A stretch of DNA of 64,000 bases from Mobula hypostoma. Lineage: Eukaryota. Shown here piece by piece: positions 13,235 through 26,190 of this stretch. Position 1 is the first letter of the stretch; each line of letters opens with the position of its first letter. Both the position numbers and the translations under genes were made by a program. The notes under the pieces were generated by a model. That model saw nothing but the letters and a program-made list of their open reading frames with translations, was not told the DNA's origin and searched no databases. Location: assembly GCF_963921235.1 (NCBI RefSeq), contig NC_086097.1, forward strand, positions 180,360,001 through 180,424,000. The letters run 5' to 3'.

Positions 13235-13333
13235 GATGTGATGGTGGAAATAGATCAGAAAGATAACCATGTTGATGGTGAATCACAGAGCAAGAGGGGC
13301 TTCTTAACCCTGCAATACCCAATTGACCACAGG
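13235..13333 (+). pseudogene. Actin remnant (copy A): start of the large coding exon
   Basis: After a polypyrimidine-CTAG acceptor it reads [33 protein letters not shown], homologous to actin [33 protein letters not shown]. The upstream intron end resembles 39455-39526 and 60300-60397. Confidence 0.85.
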
Positions 13334-15202
13334 AATACACACATCATTATTCCGCTCCCCCCCCTCCACCACTTCAGTTGGTTACTGTGACACCAAACAC
13401 CAAATGAGAACAGTTACCTGTAAGAAAGTTAGGCAGGAAGCTGAAAGCAGGACCTCTACAGTAGTAATTTCTGAGTTACTGCCTGTACCACATGCCAGTG
13501 AGGTAAGAATAGGATGACTTGGCAGATGAATGTGTAGCTGAAGAATTGGTGCAGGGTTCAGATTTCTGGATCATTGAGATCTCTTCTGGGGAAGGTATAA
13601 CCCATATAAATAGGATAGGTTACATGTGAACCCGAGGTGACCAATATTCTTGCAGACAGATATGCTAGAGCTTTGGGAGAGTGTCTAAACTAATTTGGCA
13701 AGGAGATGGAAACCAGAATAATAGGGCTGAGGATGGGGAAGTTGGTAATCAAGTAGATGCTGTGCATAGTGAGGCTTTGAGGAAGGACACGCTGATGATA
13801 GGACAAAATTGCAGTCAGTGGGATGAGTTAAAGTGTAACAGGGGGTCAAAATCAAAAAGGGTGATGAATACAGGACTGAAGATGTTATATTTGAATGCAC
13901 ACAGTATACAGAATAAGGTAGATGATCTTGTAGTGCAGTTAGAGATTGGCAGGTATGATGTTGTGGGTATCTCTGAGTTGTGGCTGAAAGAAGATCAAAG
14001 CTGGGAGCTTAACATCCAAGGATACACATTGTATTAAAAGGGCAGGCAGGTAAGCAGGCAAGGTGGTGTGGCTCTATTGGTGAAAAATGAAAACAAATCC
14101 TTAGAAAGAGCTGACATAGAATCAGAAGATGTAGAATCCTTGTGGGTAGAGCTAAGAAACTGCAAGTGTAGAAAGACCCTAATGGGAATTATATACAGGG
14201 GTCCAACATTAGCCAGGATGTGGGCTACAAATTAAAACAGAAGATAAAAAAGGCATGTAAAAAGGGCAATGTTGTGATAATCATGGGGGATTTCAATATG
14301 CAGGTTGATTGGGAAAATGAGGTTGGTGCTGCATCATAAGAGAGGAAATTTGTAGAATGCCTACGAGATGGCTTTTTAGATCTGCTTGTGATTGAGCCCA
14401 CTGTAGGGATAGCAATTCTGAATTGGGTGTTATTTAATGACCCAGATTTGATTAGGGTGCTTAAGGTAAAGGAACCCTTAGGAATCAGTGATCATGATAT
14501 GATAGAATTCACTCTCCAGTTTGAGAAGGAGAAGCTTGTATCAGTATTATAATGGAGTAAAGGGAATTAGAAGCATGAGAGAGGAGCTGGCCAAAGTTGT
14601 TCAGAGGTAGACACTAGCAAGAACAGCATAAAACCAAAAATTGGTGCGAAGACAGAAGAAGGGAAGCGTTTAAAAATCAACAGAAGCCAACTAAAAAGCC
14701 ATAAAGGGAGAACAGATGAAATATGAATATATGCTAGCCAAAAATACAAAAAAAATTCAGATACGTAAAAAAAAAGATAGACGAACGTGAATGCTAAAAA
14801 TGATGCTGACGAGGTTGTAATGGGGACCAAGAAATGGCAGACAAACTTAGTAAGTATTTTGCGTCATTCCTCACCGTGGGCAGAAGTGCTATTGTTAATA
14901 TTCATTACTATTGTTAAGGGGAAGGTACTTGGGAAGTTGAAAAGTCTGAAGATAGATGAATCACCTGGACCAGATGGACTACACCCCAGGGTTCTAAAGG
15001 AGGGAGCTAAAGAGATTGTGGAGGCATTAATAATGATCTTTCAAGAATCACTAGATTCTGGAATGGTTCCAACATACTGCAAAAATTGCAAATGTCACTC
15101 CACTCATTAAGAAGAGAGGGAGGGCAGAAGAAAGGAGTTATAGGCCAGTTAGCCTGACCTCAGTGGTTGTGGAAACATTGGAGACTATTATTAAGGAGGA
15201 GA

Positions 15203-18200
15203 CCATAAGACATGGGAGCAGAATTAAGCCATTTGGCCCATTGAGTCTGCTCCACTATTCAATCACGGCTGATCCTTTTTCACCTCCCCTCTTCAGACCT
15301 ACTCCCCGGCCTTCTCTGTAATCTTTGATGCGGTGTCCAATCAAGAACCCATTACCCTCTGCCTTAAGAGCTCTCCACAGCTGCCTATGGTAACAGATTC
15401 TACAAATTCACCACCCTCTGGCTAAAGAAATTTTTCTACATCTCTGTTTTAAATGGACGTCCCTCTATCCTGAGGCCATGCCCTCTTGTCTTAGACTCCC
15501 CCACCCTGGGAAACATCCTTTACACACCTACTCTGTCTAGGCCTTTCAACATTTGAAAGGTTTCAATGAGTTCCCCCCCTCATCCCTCTAAATTCCAGCA
15601 AGTACAGACCCAAAGCCATCAAATATTCCTCATATGATAACCTTTTCATTCCTTGTGAACCTCCGTTGAAACTTCTCCAATGTCAGCACATCTTTTCTTA
15701 GAGGAGGAACCCAAAACTGTCCACAGTACTGAAGGCAAGCCCTCACCCATGCCTTATAAAGCCTCAGTGTCACATCCCTGCGCTTGTAATCTAGACCTCT
15801 TGAATTGAATGCTAACATTGCATTTACCTTCCTCACCACCGACTCTCCCTGCAAGTTAACCTTTAGGATGTTCTGCACAAGGACTCCCAAGCCCCTTTGC
15901 ATCTCAGATTTTTGGATTTTCTCTTCGTTTAGAGAAGAGTCTGCACACTTATTTCTATTACCAAAGTGCATGACCATACATTTTCCAACATTGTATTTCA
16001 TTTGCCACTTTCTTGCCCATTCTCCTAATCTGTCTAAGTCCTTCTGCATCCTACCTGTTTCCTCAACACTATCTGCCCCTCCACCATTCTTCGTATCATC
16101 TGCAAACTTGGCAACAAAGCCATCAATTCCATCATCTAAATCATTGATGTACAGCTTAAAAAGAAGCGGTCCCAACACCGACCCTATGGAACACCACTAG
16201 TCACTGGCAGCCAACCAGAAAAGGATCCTTTTATTCCCACAAGCTGCCTCCTACCAATCAGCCAATGCTCTAACCATGCCAGTAACTTCCCTGTGATGCG
16301 ATGGGCTCTTAACTTGGTAAGCAGCCTCATGTGTGACACTTTATCATAGGCCTTTGAAAGTCCAAATATACAACACCCTTTATCTATCCTACTTGTAATC
16401 TCAAAGAATTCCAACAGGTTTGTCAGGCAGGATTTTCCCTTAAGGAAACCATGCTGACTTTGTCCTAGCAACACAGACAAAATGCTGGAGGAACTCAGCA
16501 GGCCAGGCAGCATCTATGATAAAGAGTACAGTTGATGTTTTGGCTGAGACACTTCAGCAGGACTGGAGAAAATAGGTGGGGGGAGGGGAGGGAGAAACAC
16601 AAGTTGATAGGTGAAACTGGGAATGGTAGGGCTGAAATAAAGAACTGGGAAGTTGATTGTGAAAGATATACAGGGCTGGAGAAGGGGGAATCTAATAGGA
16701 GAGGACAGAAGGCCATGGAAGAAAGAAAAGGGGGGCAGAGCACCAGAGGGAGGTGCTGGGCAGTTAAGGAGATAAGGTGAGAGAGGGAACAGGGGATGGG
16801 GAATGGTGAAGGGGGGGCATTACTAGAAGTTCAAGAAATTGATGTTCATGCCATCAGGTTGGAGGTTACCCAGATGGAACTTAAGTTGTTGTTTCTCCAA
16901 CCTGAGTGTGGCTTCATTGCAACAGTGGAGGAGGCCATGGACAGACATATCGGAATGGAAATGGGAAGTGGAATTAAAATGGGTAGCCACTGGAGATCCC
17001 GCTTCTTCTGGCAGATGGATCATAGGTGCTTGGTGAAGCAGTCTCCCAATCTACATCAGGTCTGACTTTGTCCAATGTTCTCCTGTATCACCAAGTACTC
17101 CATAACCTCATCCTTAACAATTGATTCCAACATCTTCTCAACCACTGAGGTCAGGCTAACTGGTCTATAATTTCCTTTCTGCTGCCTTCCTCCTTTCTTA
17201 AAGAGTGGACTGACATTTGCAATTTTCCAGTCCTCTGGCACCATGCCAGAATCCAATGATTCTTGAAAGATCATTACTAATGCCTCCGCAATTTCTACTG
17301 CTACCTCTTTCAGAACCCACAGGTGCAGTTCATCTGGTCTGAGTGACTTATGTACCCATAGGTCTTTCAGCTTTTTGAGCACCTTCTTCCTTTAAATAGT
17401 AACTGCACCCACTTCTCTTCCCTCACACCCTTCAACATCTGACACGTTGCTAGTGCCTTCCACAGTGAAGACTGATGTAAAATACTCATTTAGTTCATCT
17501 GCCATCTCCTTGTCCCCCATTATTATTTCTCTGGCCTCACTTTTTAGTGATCCTATATCCAATCTCATCTCTCTTTTATTTTTTACATACCTGAAAAAGC
17601 TTTTACTATTAACTTTGATATTGTTTGCTAGCTTGCTTTCATATTCCATCTTTTTCCTCCTAATGATTCTTTTAGTTGTTCTCAGTAGGTTTTTAAAAGC
17701 ATCCCAATCTTCTCCCTTCCCACTAATTTTTGCTTTGTTGTATGCCATGTATTTTGCTTTTACATAAGCTTTGACTTCCCTTGTCAGCCACGGTTGTACT
17801 ATTCTGCCATTTGAGTATTTCTTCATTTTTGTAATACATCTATCCTGCATCTTCCTCATTTTCCCCAGAAACTCATGCCATTGCTGCTCTGCTGTCATCC
17901 CTCCCAGCATCTCCTTCTCTTTGTCCATCTCCTCTCTCTTACCACTGTAATTTCCTTTACTCCACTGAAATACTGCTACATCAAACTTAACTTCTCCCTA
18001 TCAAATTTCAATCGTATTGTGATCAATGACTCCTAAGGGTTCTTTTACTTTAAGCTCCCTAATCACGTCCAGTTCATTACATAATATCCAGTCCTGTATA
18101 ACTGATCCCCTAGTAGGCTCAATGCCAAACTGCTCTAAAAATTCATCTCATAAGCATTCAACAAACTCACTCTCTTGGGATCCATTATCAACCTGATATG

Positions 18201-19985
18201 ATAGTCAAGGGAGATTTTAACATCAACCCGCATGCCCTTTTGACACATCTTTTCATTGCCCTTTTAACATCTTTTCTATTTCCTGTTGTAATCTGTGGTA
18301 CACATCCCAGCTACTGTTGGTAGGCCTGTATATACTGCTATCAGGGTTCTTTTACCCTTGTAGTTTCTTAACTCAACTTACAAGGATTCAACATCTTCCG
18401 ATCCTATGTCACATCTTTCTACTGATTTGATGCCATTCTTTACCAGCAGAGCCACGCCACCCCCTCTGCCTGCTTTCCTATCCATTTGATACAACATGTA
18501 ACTTGGACATTCAGCTCCCAACTACAACCATCCTTCAGCTACAATTCAGTGATGGTCACAGCATCATACCTGACTATCTGTAATAGTGAAACAAGATCAT
18601 CCACATTATTTCTTATACTCTGTGCATTGAAATATAACACTTTGAGTACAGTATTTGCTACCCTTTTTGATTCTGCATTTCTAATGCATTGATACATACC
18701 CAGCTGGCTGCAATTTTGTCCTATCAGCTGCCTGCCCTTCCTGACAGTCTGAATGCACGCTATCTTTGCTTTTTTACCATGGGTCCTATCCTGAGTCCCT
18801 TCACTTCGGTTCCCACCCCCTGCCAAATTAGTTTAAACCCTCCCTAATGGCTCTAACATACTTGCCCATGAGAATCTTGGTCCCCCTCTGGTTCAGGTGC
18901 AACCCATCACTTTTGTATAGGTCATACCTCCCGCAGAAGAGATCCCAATAATCCAAGAAGCTGAAGCCCTACACCCTGCACCAGCTTCTCAGCCACACAT
19001 TAATCTGCCAAATCATCCTGTTTCTACCCCCACTGGTGTGTGGCACAGGCAGCAATCTAGAAATTACTACCCTGGAGGTCCTGCTTCTCAGCTTTCTCCC
19101 TAGCTCTCTAAATTCTCTTTTCAGGACTTCTTCGCTTTTCCTTCCTATGTCATTGGTACCAAGACATCTGGCTGCTCTCCCTCCCCCTCCAAAATGCTGT
19201 GGACGTGATTTGAGACATCCCTGACCCTGGCAGCTGGGAGGCAACATACCATTCAGGTGTCCTGTTCACATCCTCTGACGATTGAGACCCCCATCATTAC
19301 CGCTCCCCTCTTCTCCCTCTTTACCTTATGCACCATGGACCCATACTCAGTGCCATTAACCTGGTCTCCGTGTCATTCCCCTAGGTGGTCATCTCCCACA
19401 ACAGTAACCAAAACAGTATACTTATTATTAAGGGGAGTGGCCACAGGGGTGCTCTGTGCTAATTGCCTATTCACTGACCCATTCCTTCTCCTGGCAGTCA
19501 CCCAGCTACCTGCCTCCTGCAACTTAGGGGTGACTACTTCCCTGTAACTCTGATCAATTATTTCCTCTCTCTCCCGTAGAAGCCAAAGGTCATCCAACTG
19601 CTGCTCCAGATCCTTAATTCACTCTTCAAGGAGTTGCAGCTGGATGCACTTCACGCAGTTGTAGATCCCTGGGAGACTCTGGGTCTCCCAGGACTCCAAC
19701 ATCCGGCATGAAGAACACACAACTGCTATTTACTGTACTAGGTACAGTAAGAGAAAAAAAGGGAACCTGAACAGAAACTTACCTAGAACCAATGCTGCTT
19801 TCAAGCTGAGGCCTCCTTTGAGCCAAAGCCTGACACTCCTACTCTCACCACTGGCCTACTCCCGACAATGGGTGCCTGTCCTTTCTGTACTTTCATTTAA
19901 TTTGCTGTGCTCTGTTCTTGCCACTGATTGGGCTGTAGGAATGAGCCTGAATGCCTGTGAAACTCTCTTTTTAAACAAGCGTCGC
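15203..19985 (-). mobile_element. Near full-length decayed CR1 LINE nested in the + strand CR1
   Basis: ORF1 (zinc-finger N-terminus, GTNDIG esterase), endonuclease (LYFNAQSIRN), RT (GNYRPVSLTSV, SQHGFLKGKSCLTNLLEFFE, KFADDTK) and a 3' tail at ~15203. Confidence 0.88.
16466..17061 (-). mobile_element. Penelope-like element 3' fragment (GIY-YIG C-terminus plus terminal repeat)
   Basis: PVATHFN...LRLEKQQLKFHLGNLQPDGMN; terminal TGCTGGAGGAACTCAGCAGGCCAGGCAGCATC; 12-bp TSD CTGACTTTGTCC at 16454-16465 / 17062-17073. Confidence 0.8.
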
Positions 19986-20320
19986 TGACCTACAAGAAAC
20001 CTTCTTGCTGTGCTTTGCTCACACCACTAATCGGGGTGCTTGAAGGCACATGATAAAACAGCCAAAGTCATCATGGTTTTCTAAAGGGGAAATCTTGCCT
20101 GAAAAATCTGTTAGAATTCTTTGCTCAGGTTGGATTTTCAGAAGGTCTTTGACAAGGTGCCACACGTGAACCCCATGGTATTATAGAAAAGGTACTAGCA
20201 TGGGTGGAAGATTTGCTGAGTGGCAGGAGGCAAAGCGTGGGAATAAAGTGTGCCTTTTCTGGTTGGCTGCCAGTGACTAGTGGTGTTCTGCAGGGGTTGC
20301 TGTTGGGACCATTTCTTTTC

Positions 20321-22016
20321 AAGATTCAAGATTCATTTATTATCAAAGAGTGAGCGTTTCAAGTTCTTGGGTGTCAAGATCTCTGAGGATCAAACCTGGT
20401 CCCAACATATCGATGCAGTTATAAAGAAGGCAGGACAGCGGCTATACTTCATTAGGAGTTTGTTGGTACGCCAACAAATACACTCAAAAACTTCTACAGA
20501 TGTACTGTGGAGAGCATTCTGACAGGCTGCATCACTGTCTGGTTTGGGGGGGGTGGGCTACTGCACAGGACCGAAAGAAGCTACAGAGGGCTGTAAATTT
20601 AGTCAGCTCCAAAGTACCATCTCCTAGCCTATGAAGTACCCAGAACATCTTCAAGGAGCAGTGTCTCAGAAATGCACTTTTCTCACTGTCACCATCAGGT
20701 AGGAGGTACAGAAGCCTGAAGGCACACACTTAGTGATTCAGGAACAGCTTCTTCTCCTCTGCCATCCGTTTCCTAAATTGACATTGAACCCTTGGACACT
20801 ACCTCACTTTTTTTAATATACTATATAGTATTTCTGTTTTTTGCACAATTTTTAATCTATCCAATATACGTATGCTGTAATGTATTTGTTTATTTATTTA
20901 TTATTATTTTATTTTGTTTTTTTTCTTCTAGATTATGTATTGCATTGAACTGCTGCTGTTAAGTTAACAAATTTCATGTCACATGCCAGTGATAATAAAC
21001 CTGATTCTGGTTCTGATAAATTATACAACTCTGAGATTTGCTTGCTCACAGGTAGCCACAAAGCAAGAAACCTGAGAGAACCCAATTAAAGAAAAAAAAG
21101 AATAAGGTTAAAAGTAAAAGACCAACACTCAATGCATAAGAGAAAGAAAAAAATACAAATCATGGAAACAACTGAAGTGAACAACAACATTCTGAACCAA
21201 AACTGAGTCCTCAGATCTGAACCCAGGAGCAGCACGGAGTAGGCTCAAAGCCTCGCTTATCATTTCATCATATGAGCGGTCATGGAGTACAGCAACCGGG
21301 GCAGTCTTCATAACCTCAGCACCATGGAGAGAGGAGTGACCATCGTGGAGAATGAGCAAAATCGGCTCTCGCCCTGGTTCCCAACACCCTATCTTTCAGC
21401 CTATCTGGGCCGGCATTTAAAGTGACCCAACAACAGAACAGCAAAAGGTTCCACGCCCTGGAGAGAAAATTGGCTCTCACCTCCGATCTGGGCTGGCGTC
21501 TAAATGGCACATTGTTCCTCGCTCTAGGACCCGGCTACTGTGAAGGACTCGGGTCCGAGACCCAGCGACCCAGATTCCATCACCCAGCCCAAAGCCACTC
21601 TCAAACTCTTTAAATCAGCTTGACACCCAGAGTGACCCGGCCTCATTCCCAGGCTTGTTGTACGGGCACTGAATCTCCTCTTCCCCAACTTCTCCTCTCA
21701 GCACCCAGAGTGACCCGGCCTCATTCCCAGGCTTGTTGTACGGGCACTGAATCTCCTCTTCCCCAACTTCTCCTCTCAGCACCCAGAGTGACCCAGCCTC
21801 ATTCCCAGGCTTGTTGTATGGGCATCGAAACTCCATCTGCAAAACACAGCTTCGGCTCATCCCAGAACTCACCCCGCCATCGCTCGCCCCTTCACTGTTT
21901 GTGGCGATAAGTTAACACAATTTACCTCAGCAAAAGTATTTTTAATGATTTGTTTGTAGGATTTCTTAGCTTTTTAACTACCAGAAGCTGTCACATGCGT
22001 TTGCTAGCGCCATCTT
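20321..22016 (-). mobile_element. Non-autonomous LINE-derived element with AAGATGGCG 5' end and (TTGAATC)n tail, itself interrupted by a + strand Rex1-type fragment (~20350-21017)
   Basis: The minus strand starts AAGATGGCGCTAGC at 22016. The tail AAGATTCAAGATTCATTTATTATC is at 20321. The host CR1 sequence CTTTT|CACG rejoins across it. No convincing ORF. Confidence 0.6.
21624..21825. repeat. 78-bp tandem repeat, ~2.6 copies
   Basis: Near-identical units beginning CACCCAGAGTGACCCGGCCTCATTCCCAGG start at 21624, 21702 and 21780. Confidence 0.95.
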
Positions 22017-22461
22017 CACGCCATATGTCAATGATTTGGATGAAGGAATTGATGGCTTTGTGGCCAAGTTTGCTGATGATATAAAGATAGGTGGAGGGGA
22101 AGGTAGTTCAGGAAGCAGGATGTTTGCAGAAGGATTTACACATATAAAGCAAATTGGCAAAATTCAAAAATTCTTGGTAGTCCTCGTGCAGGATTCCCTA
22201 AAGTTTAACTTGCAGGTTGAGGTGGTGGTAAGAAAGACAAATGCAATGTTAGCATTCATTTCAAGAGGACTAGAATACAAAAGCAAGTATATAATAGTGA
22301 GACTTTATTAAGCATTTGTCAGACTGCATTTGGAGTACTGTGAGCAGTTTTGGGCCCCCTATCTTAGAAAGGACGTGCTGGCGTTGGAGATGGTCCAGAG
22401 GATGTTCATGAGAATGGTCCCTGGAATTAAAGGGTTAACATATGAGGATCATTTGATGGCT

Positions 22462-23935
22462 TTGAATTGAATTGAATTGAAATTTTATATCTATCCCACA
22501 ATGTGAGGGAGTAAAAAGCTTTGTGTTATGACTCCATTGCAATGTACAGCCATGTGAATTCATAAGTCTAATAGCTCGTAGAAAGAAGCTGTCCCGTAGC
22601 CTGTTGGTCCTGGCTTTTATACTGGGGTACCATTTGCCAGATGGAAGCAGCTGAAACAGTTTATGGTTGGGGTGACTGGTGGCCACGATGATCTTCCAGG
22701 CCTTCTTTGTGCACCTGCTGCTGTACATGTCCTCAATGGAGGGAAGTTCACATCCACAGAGGCGCTGGGCTGTCAGCACCACTCTCTGCAGTGCCCAGCG
22801 ATCAAGGTTGTTCTAGTTCCCATACCAGGAGGTGATACAGCCAGTCAGTATGCTCCCAGTGGTACCCCTGTAGAAGGTCTTGAGGATTTGGGGGCCCATG
22901 TCGAACTTCTTCAGTTGCCTGAGGTAGAAGAGACGCTGTTGTGCTTTTTTTGTCACAAAGACCGTGTGTACAGTCCAGGTGAGATCATTGGTGATGTGTA
23001 TACCGAGGAACTTGAAACCACTCACCCTCTCAACTGCAGACCCATTGATGTTGATTGGGGCAAGCCTGTCTCTGTTCCTCCTGTCATCCACAATCAGCTC
23101 TTTTATTTTTGTACATTGAGGGAGAGATTGTTATCTTGGCACCACTGTGTCAGGGTGTCAACCTCTCCTCTGTAGACTGTCTCGTCACCATTAAAAATAA
23201 AGCTGATCAATGTTGTGTCATCTGCAAATTTGATCAGCAGATTGGAGCTGTGTGGTAGCACAGTCGTGGGTGTAAAGGGATTAGAGGAAGGGACTCAGGA
23301 CACAACCCTTGGGGGCACCTGTGTTGCGGGTCAGAGGGGCAGAGGTGAGAGAGTCAATTCTTACCAACTGTTGGCAATCCAATAGGAAGTCTAGGATCCA
23401 GCTGCACAAGATGGGGTGCAGGCCAAGGTCTCTGAGCTTCCTGTCAAGTCTGGAGGGAATTATGGTGTTGAAATGTAGTCCAGGAGCAGCATTCTAACGT
23501 ATGCATTCCTCTTCTCCAGGTGAGTGAGGATGGGATGTAGTGCTGTGGCTATGGTGTCATCAGTAAACTGGTTCTGTCAGTAGGCAAATTGTAGGGAGTC
23601 CAGTGTGGGTGGTAACATGCTGAAGATGTAGTCCTTGACCAGCCTCTCAAAGCATTTGCTTATAATTGAGGTGAGTGTGACAGAGCACCAATCATTCAGG
23701 CATGTTACCTTGGTTTTCTTAGGTACAGGAACAATGATGGAGGATATGAAACAGGAGGGCACTACACATTGGGAGAGGGAGAGATTAACAATGTCCATAA
23801 ACACACCAGCCAGCTGTACTGCACACACTTTGAGGACTCACCCTAGGATGTAGTCCGGCTCTGCTGCCTTGCGGCTGTTGATACGTTGGAATGTTCTACA
23901 TACTTCAGCCTTGGAGATGATCAAAGAGCAGGTCT
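22462..23935 (-). mobile_element. Rex1/Babar-type LINE RT/C-terminal part
   Basis: LTSIISKCFERLV, LDSLQFAY, VERVSGFKFLG, ILTGCITSWYGN and LLPSGK...SFF; (TTCAA)n tail at ~22462-22481. Confidence 0.85.
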
Positions 23936-25009
23936 CTTAGGCACTGGAGTTTAGAAGTATGAGGGGAGATCTCATTGAAATGTATTGAATATTAAAAGGC
24001 CTCGATAGACTGGATGTGGAGAGGATGTTTCCTATAGTGGTAGAGTCTAAGACCAGAGATCACAGCCTCAGAATTGAGGGACATCCATTTAGAACAACAG
24101 AGATGAAGAAAAGTTTATTTAGCCAGAGGGTGGTGAATCTATGGAATTCATTGGCACAGACAACCATGTAGGCCATGTCATTGGGTGAATTTAAGGTGGA
24201 GGTTAAGAGGTTCTTGATTAATCAGGGTGACAATGGTTAAGGAGGCAAAGGCAGGAGAATGGCATTGAGAGGGATCAGCCATGATAGAATTGCAGAGCAA
24301 ACTCGATGGGCTCAATGGCCTAGTTCTGCTCCTATGTCTAATGGTCTTATATTTCCAAGCTGGAATATTGTATGGCTTAGGGGGAAACTTTCTGGTAATG
24401 GTGATCCCATGTGAGTTAGAAAAGCTCATGGGGTTGGGAGCTGCTAGCTGAGAGTTTTGATCAGCCTGGCTGTGATCTATTTCTGCTTTTGGGTGTTCCT
24501 GAAGGTTCCTCCTGTATGCAGAAGGGGATCTCTGACCCTGGTCCTTGGGCACCATTTTAACTTGACTTCAATTTCCTTCAAAATTGTCGAAAGAAATAGC
24601 CCACTTTCCTGAGTCACAATAACACATCATTGAGGTGAGATTCTACCCATTTAGTCCAGTTCCCCCATCCTTCCCCAGAGCTCTGCTGCTCAGTCTTTAA
24701 ACTGGAGGGAGAAGTGGACTAAATATTTAATGAAACTGCTCAGTTTTCCAGCCATGTGTTCCAGCTTGCAGAGTGATGCTGAGAAATGAAACCTCCTTAT
24801 TGCCTGTTTGAGCCTTTTGTCAGTCCGCTGGAGTGCTTGTTAGCAAAGCTGAATATCTCGCTGCCTATATTTGCAGAAACCACAGTAACCAGAGCTAGCA
24901 CTGACCTGCTGCAATGCTATTCACACTTCCTGGGGGGAGGTGAAAGTAGCAGACACTCACGCATTTGCAGCACCACAATATAGAAAACACTAGTCTGAGA
25001 CGAGGTAAA

Positions 25010-25011
<2 letters not shown>

Positions 25012-25047
<36 letters not shown>

Positions 25048-25068
25048 GGTGTGTGTGTGTGTGTGTGT
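25012..25068. repeat. (GT)n microsatellite; others at ~28646-28675, 28997-29020, 48249-48280, 63241-63276
   Basis: Read directly from the sequence. Confidence 0.95.
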
Positions 25069-25154
25069 AAGAGGGGCGCTCTTGATGGGGAGGGTGGGCT
25101 GAAGGGCTTGTTTCTCTGCTCAGTGAGTCTAATATTTAAACATGGCACTTCCCA

Positions 25155-25680
25155 TAGAACATAGAATTCTACAGCTCATTACAGGCCCATGTAACCTACT
25201 CTAGAAACTACCTAGAATTCCCCTACCGCATAGCCATCTATTTTTCTAAGCTCCATGTACCTATCTAAAAAGTCTCTTAAAAGACCTATTGTATCCACCT
25301 CCACCATGGTCTCTGACAGTGCATTCCTCACACTCACCACTCTCTGTGTGAAAAACCTACCCCTGACTTCCCTTCTGAACCTTCTTCCAAGCACCTTAAA
25401 ACTATGCCCCCTCATTTCAGCCCTGGGGAAAAAGCTTCTGGCTATCCACACGATCAATGCTTCTCATCATCTTATACAGCCCTATCAGGTCACCTCTCAT
25501 TCCTCCGTCACTCCAAGGGAAAAAGGCCAAGTACACTCAACCTATTCTCATAAGGTAAAACGCCCTTCGATCCAGGCAACATCCTTGTAAATCTCCTCTG
25601 CACTCTCTCTATAGTCTCCACATCCTTCCTGTAGTGAGGTGATCAGACTGAACACAGTACTCCAAATGGGGTCTAATTAA
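25155..25680 (-). mobile_element. CR1 LINE 3' fragment
   Basis: RGHSFKV...FFTQRVV and a CTATGTTCTATG-type tail. Confidence 0.8.
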
Positions 25681-25884
25681 GTGGGGCCATTGATGATCGA
25701 GTTTGAATCTAGTGTTAGGATAGCATCTACTAGGGTATTCAAGGTGATTGCTACTTCCATCCTACAGCACATCAAAGGCAGTTTCTTTTTGATAATTCAG
25801 TAGAATGTTAAGTGGATATTTAACATGTTCCCTCATCCTTTAACTCTATATTATGGATGAAAAGATAATGGATCAGTACAATGA

Positions 25885-26190
25885 CACAACTGATAGAGCT
25901 GCTGTCCCACAGCTCTAGTGTCCCGGTTCAGTCCTGACCTTGGGTGCTGTCGACCTGGAGTTTGCACATTCTCCCTGTGACTGCTTGGGTTCTCCCCAGA
26001 TGCTCCATTTTGCTTACACTCCACAAAGACAGACCACTGAGTTGCCCCTAGTGTGTAGGCAAGTGGGAGAGTCTGAGGGAGTTGACGGGAATGTGGGAGA
26101 ATACGGATAGTCTACTAAGTAGGTGTTTGATTGTCCGCATGGACTCAGCAGGCTGAAGGGCCAATTTCTTTGCTGCATGACTCTATGAAT
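25885..26190 (+). mobile_element. V-SINE/HE1-like tRNA SINE
   Basis: B-box-like CCGGTTCAGTCC and the V-domain-like GGAGTTTGCACATTCTCCCTGTGACTGCTTGGGTT. Confidence 0.7.

Larger units (their letters stand above)
13430..24355 (+). mobile_element. CR1 LINE split by nested insertions (pieces ~13430-15200, 20045-20320, 22017-22460, 23940-24355)
   Basis: The pieces are collinear: ORF1 esterase end, endonuclease (LYLNAHSIQNK), RT start (SPGPDGLHPRVLKE), HGFLKGKSC, FVAKFADD, then the 3' tail CTCCTATGTCTAATGGTCT. Confidence 0.8.

Noticed and set aside
21615..21910. Repetitive 26-aa ORFs / possible CRISPR-like array
   Set aside because: They arise from a 78-bp tandem repeat with no unique spacers, in a eukaryotic context.
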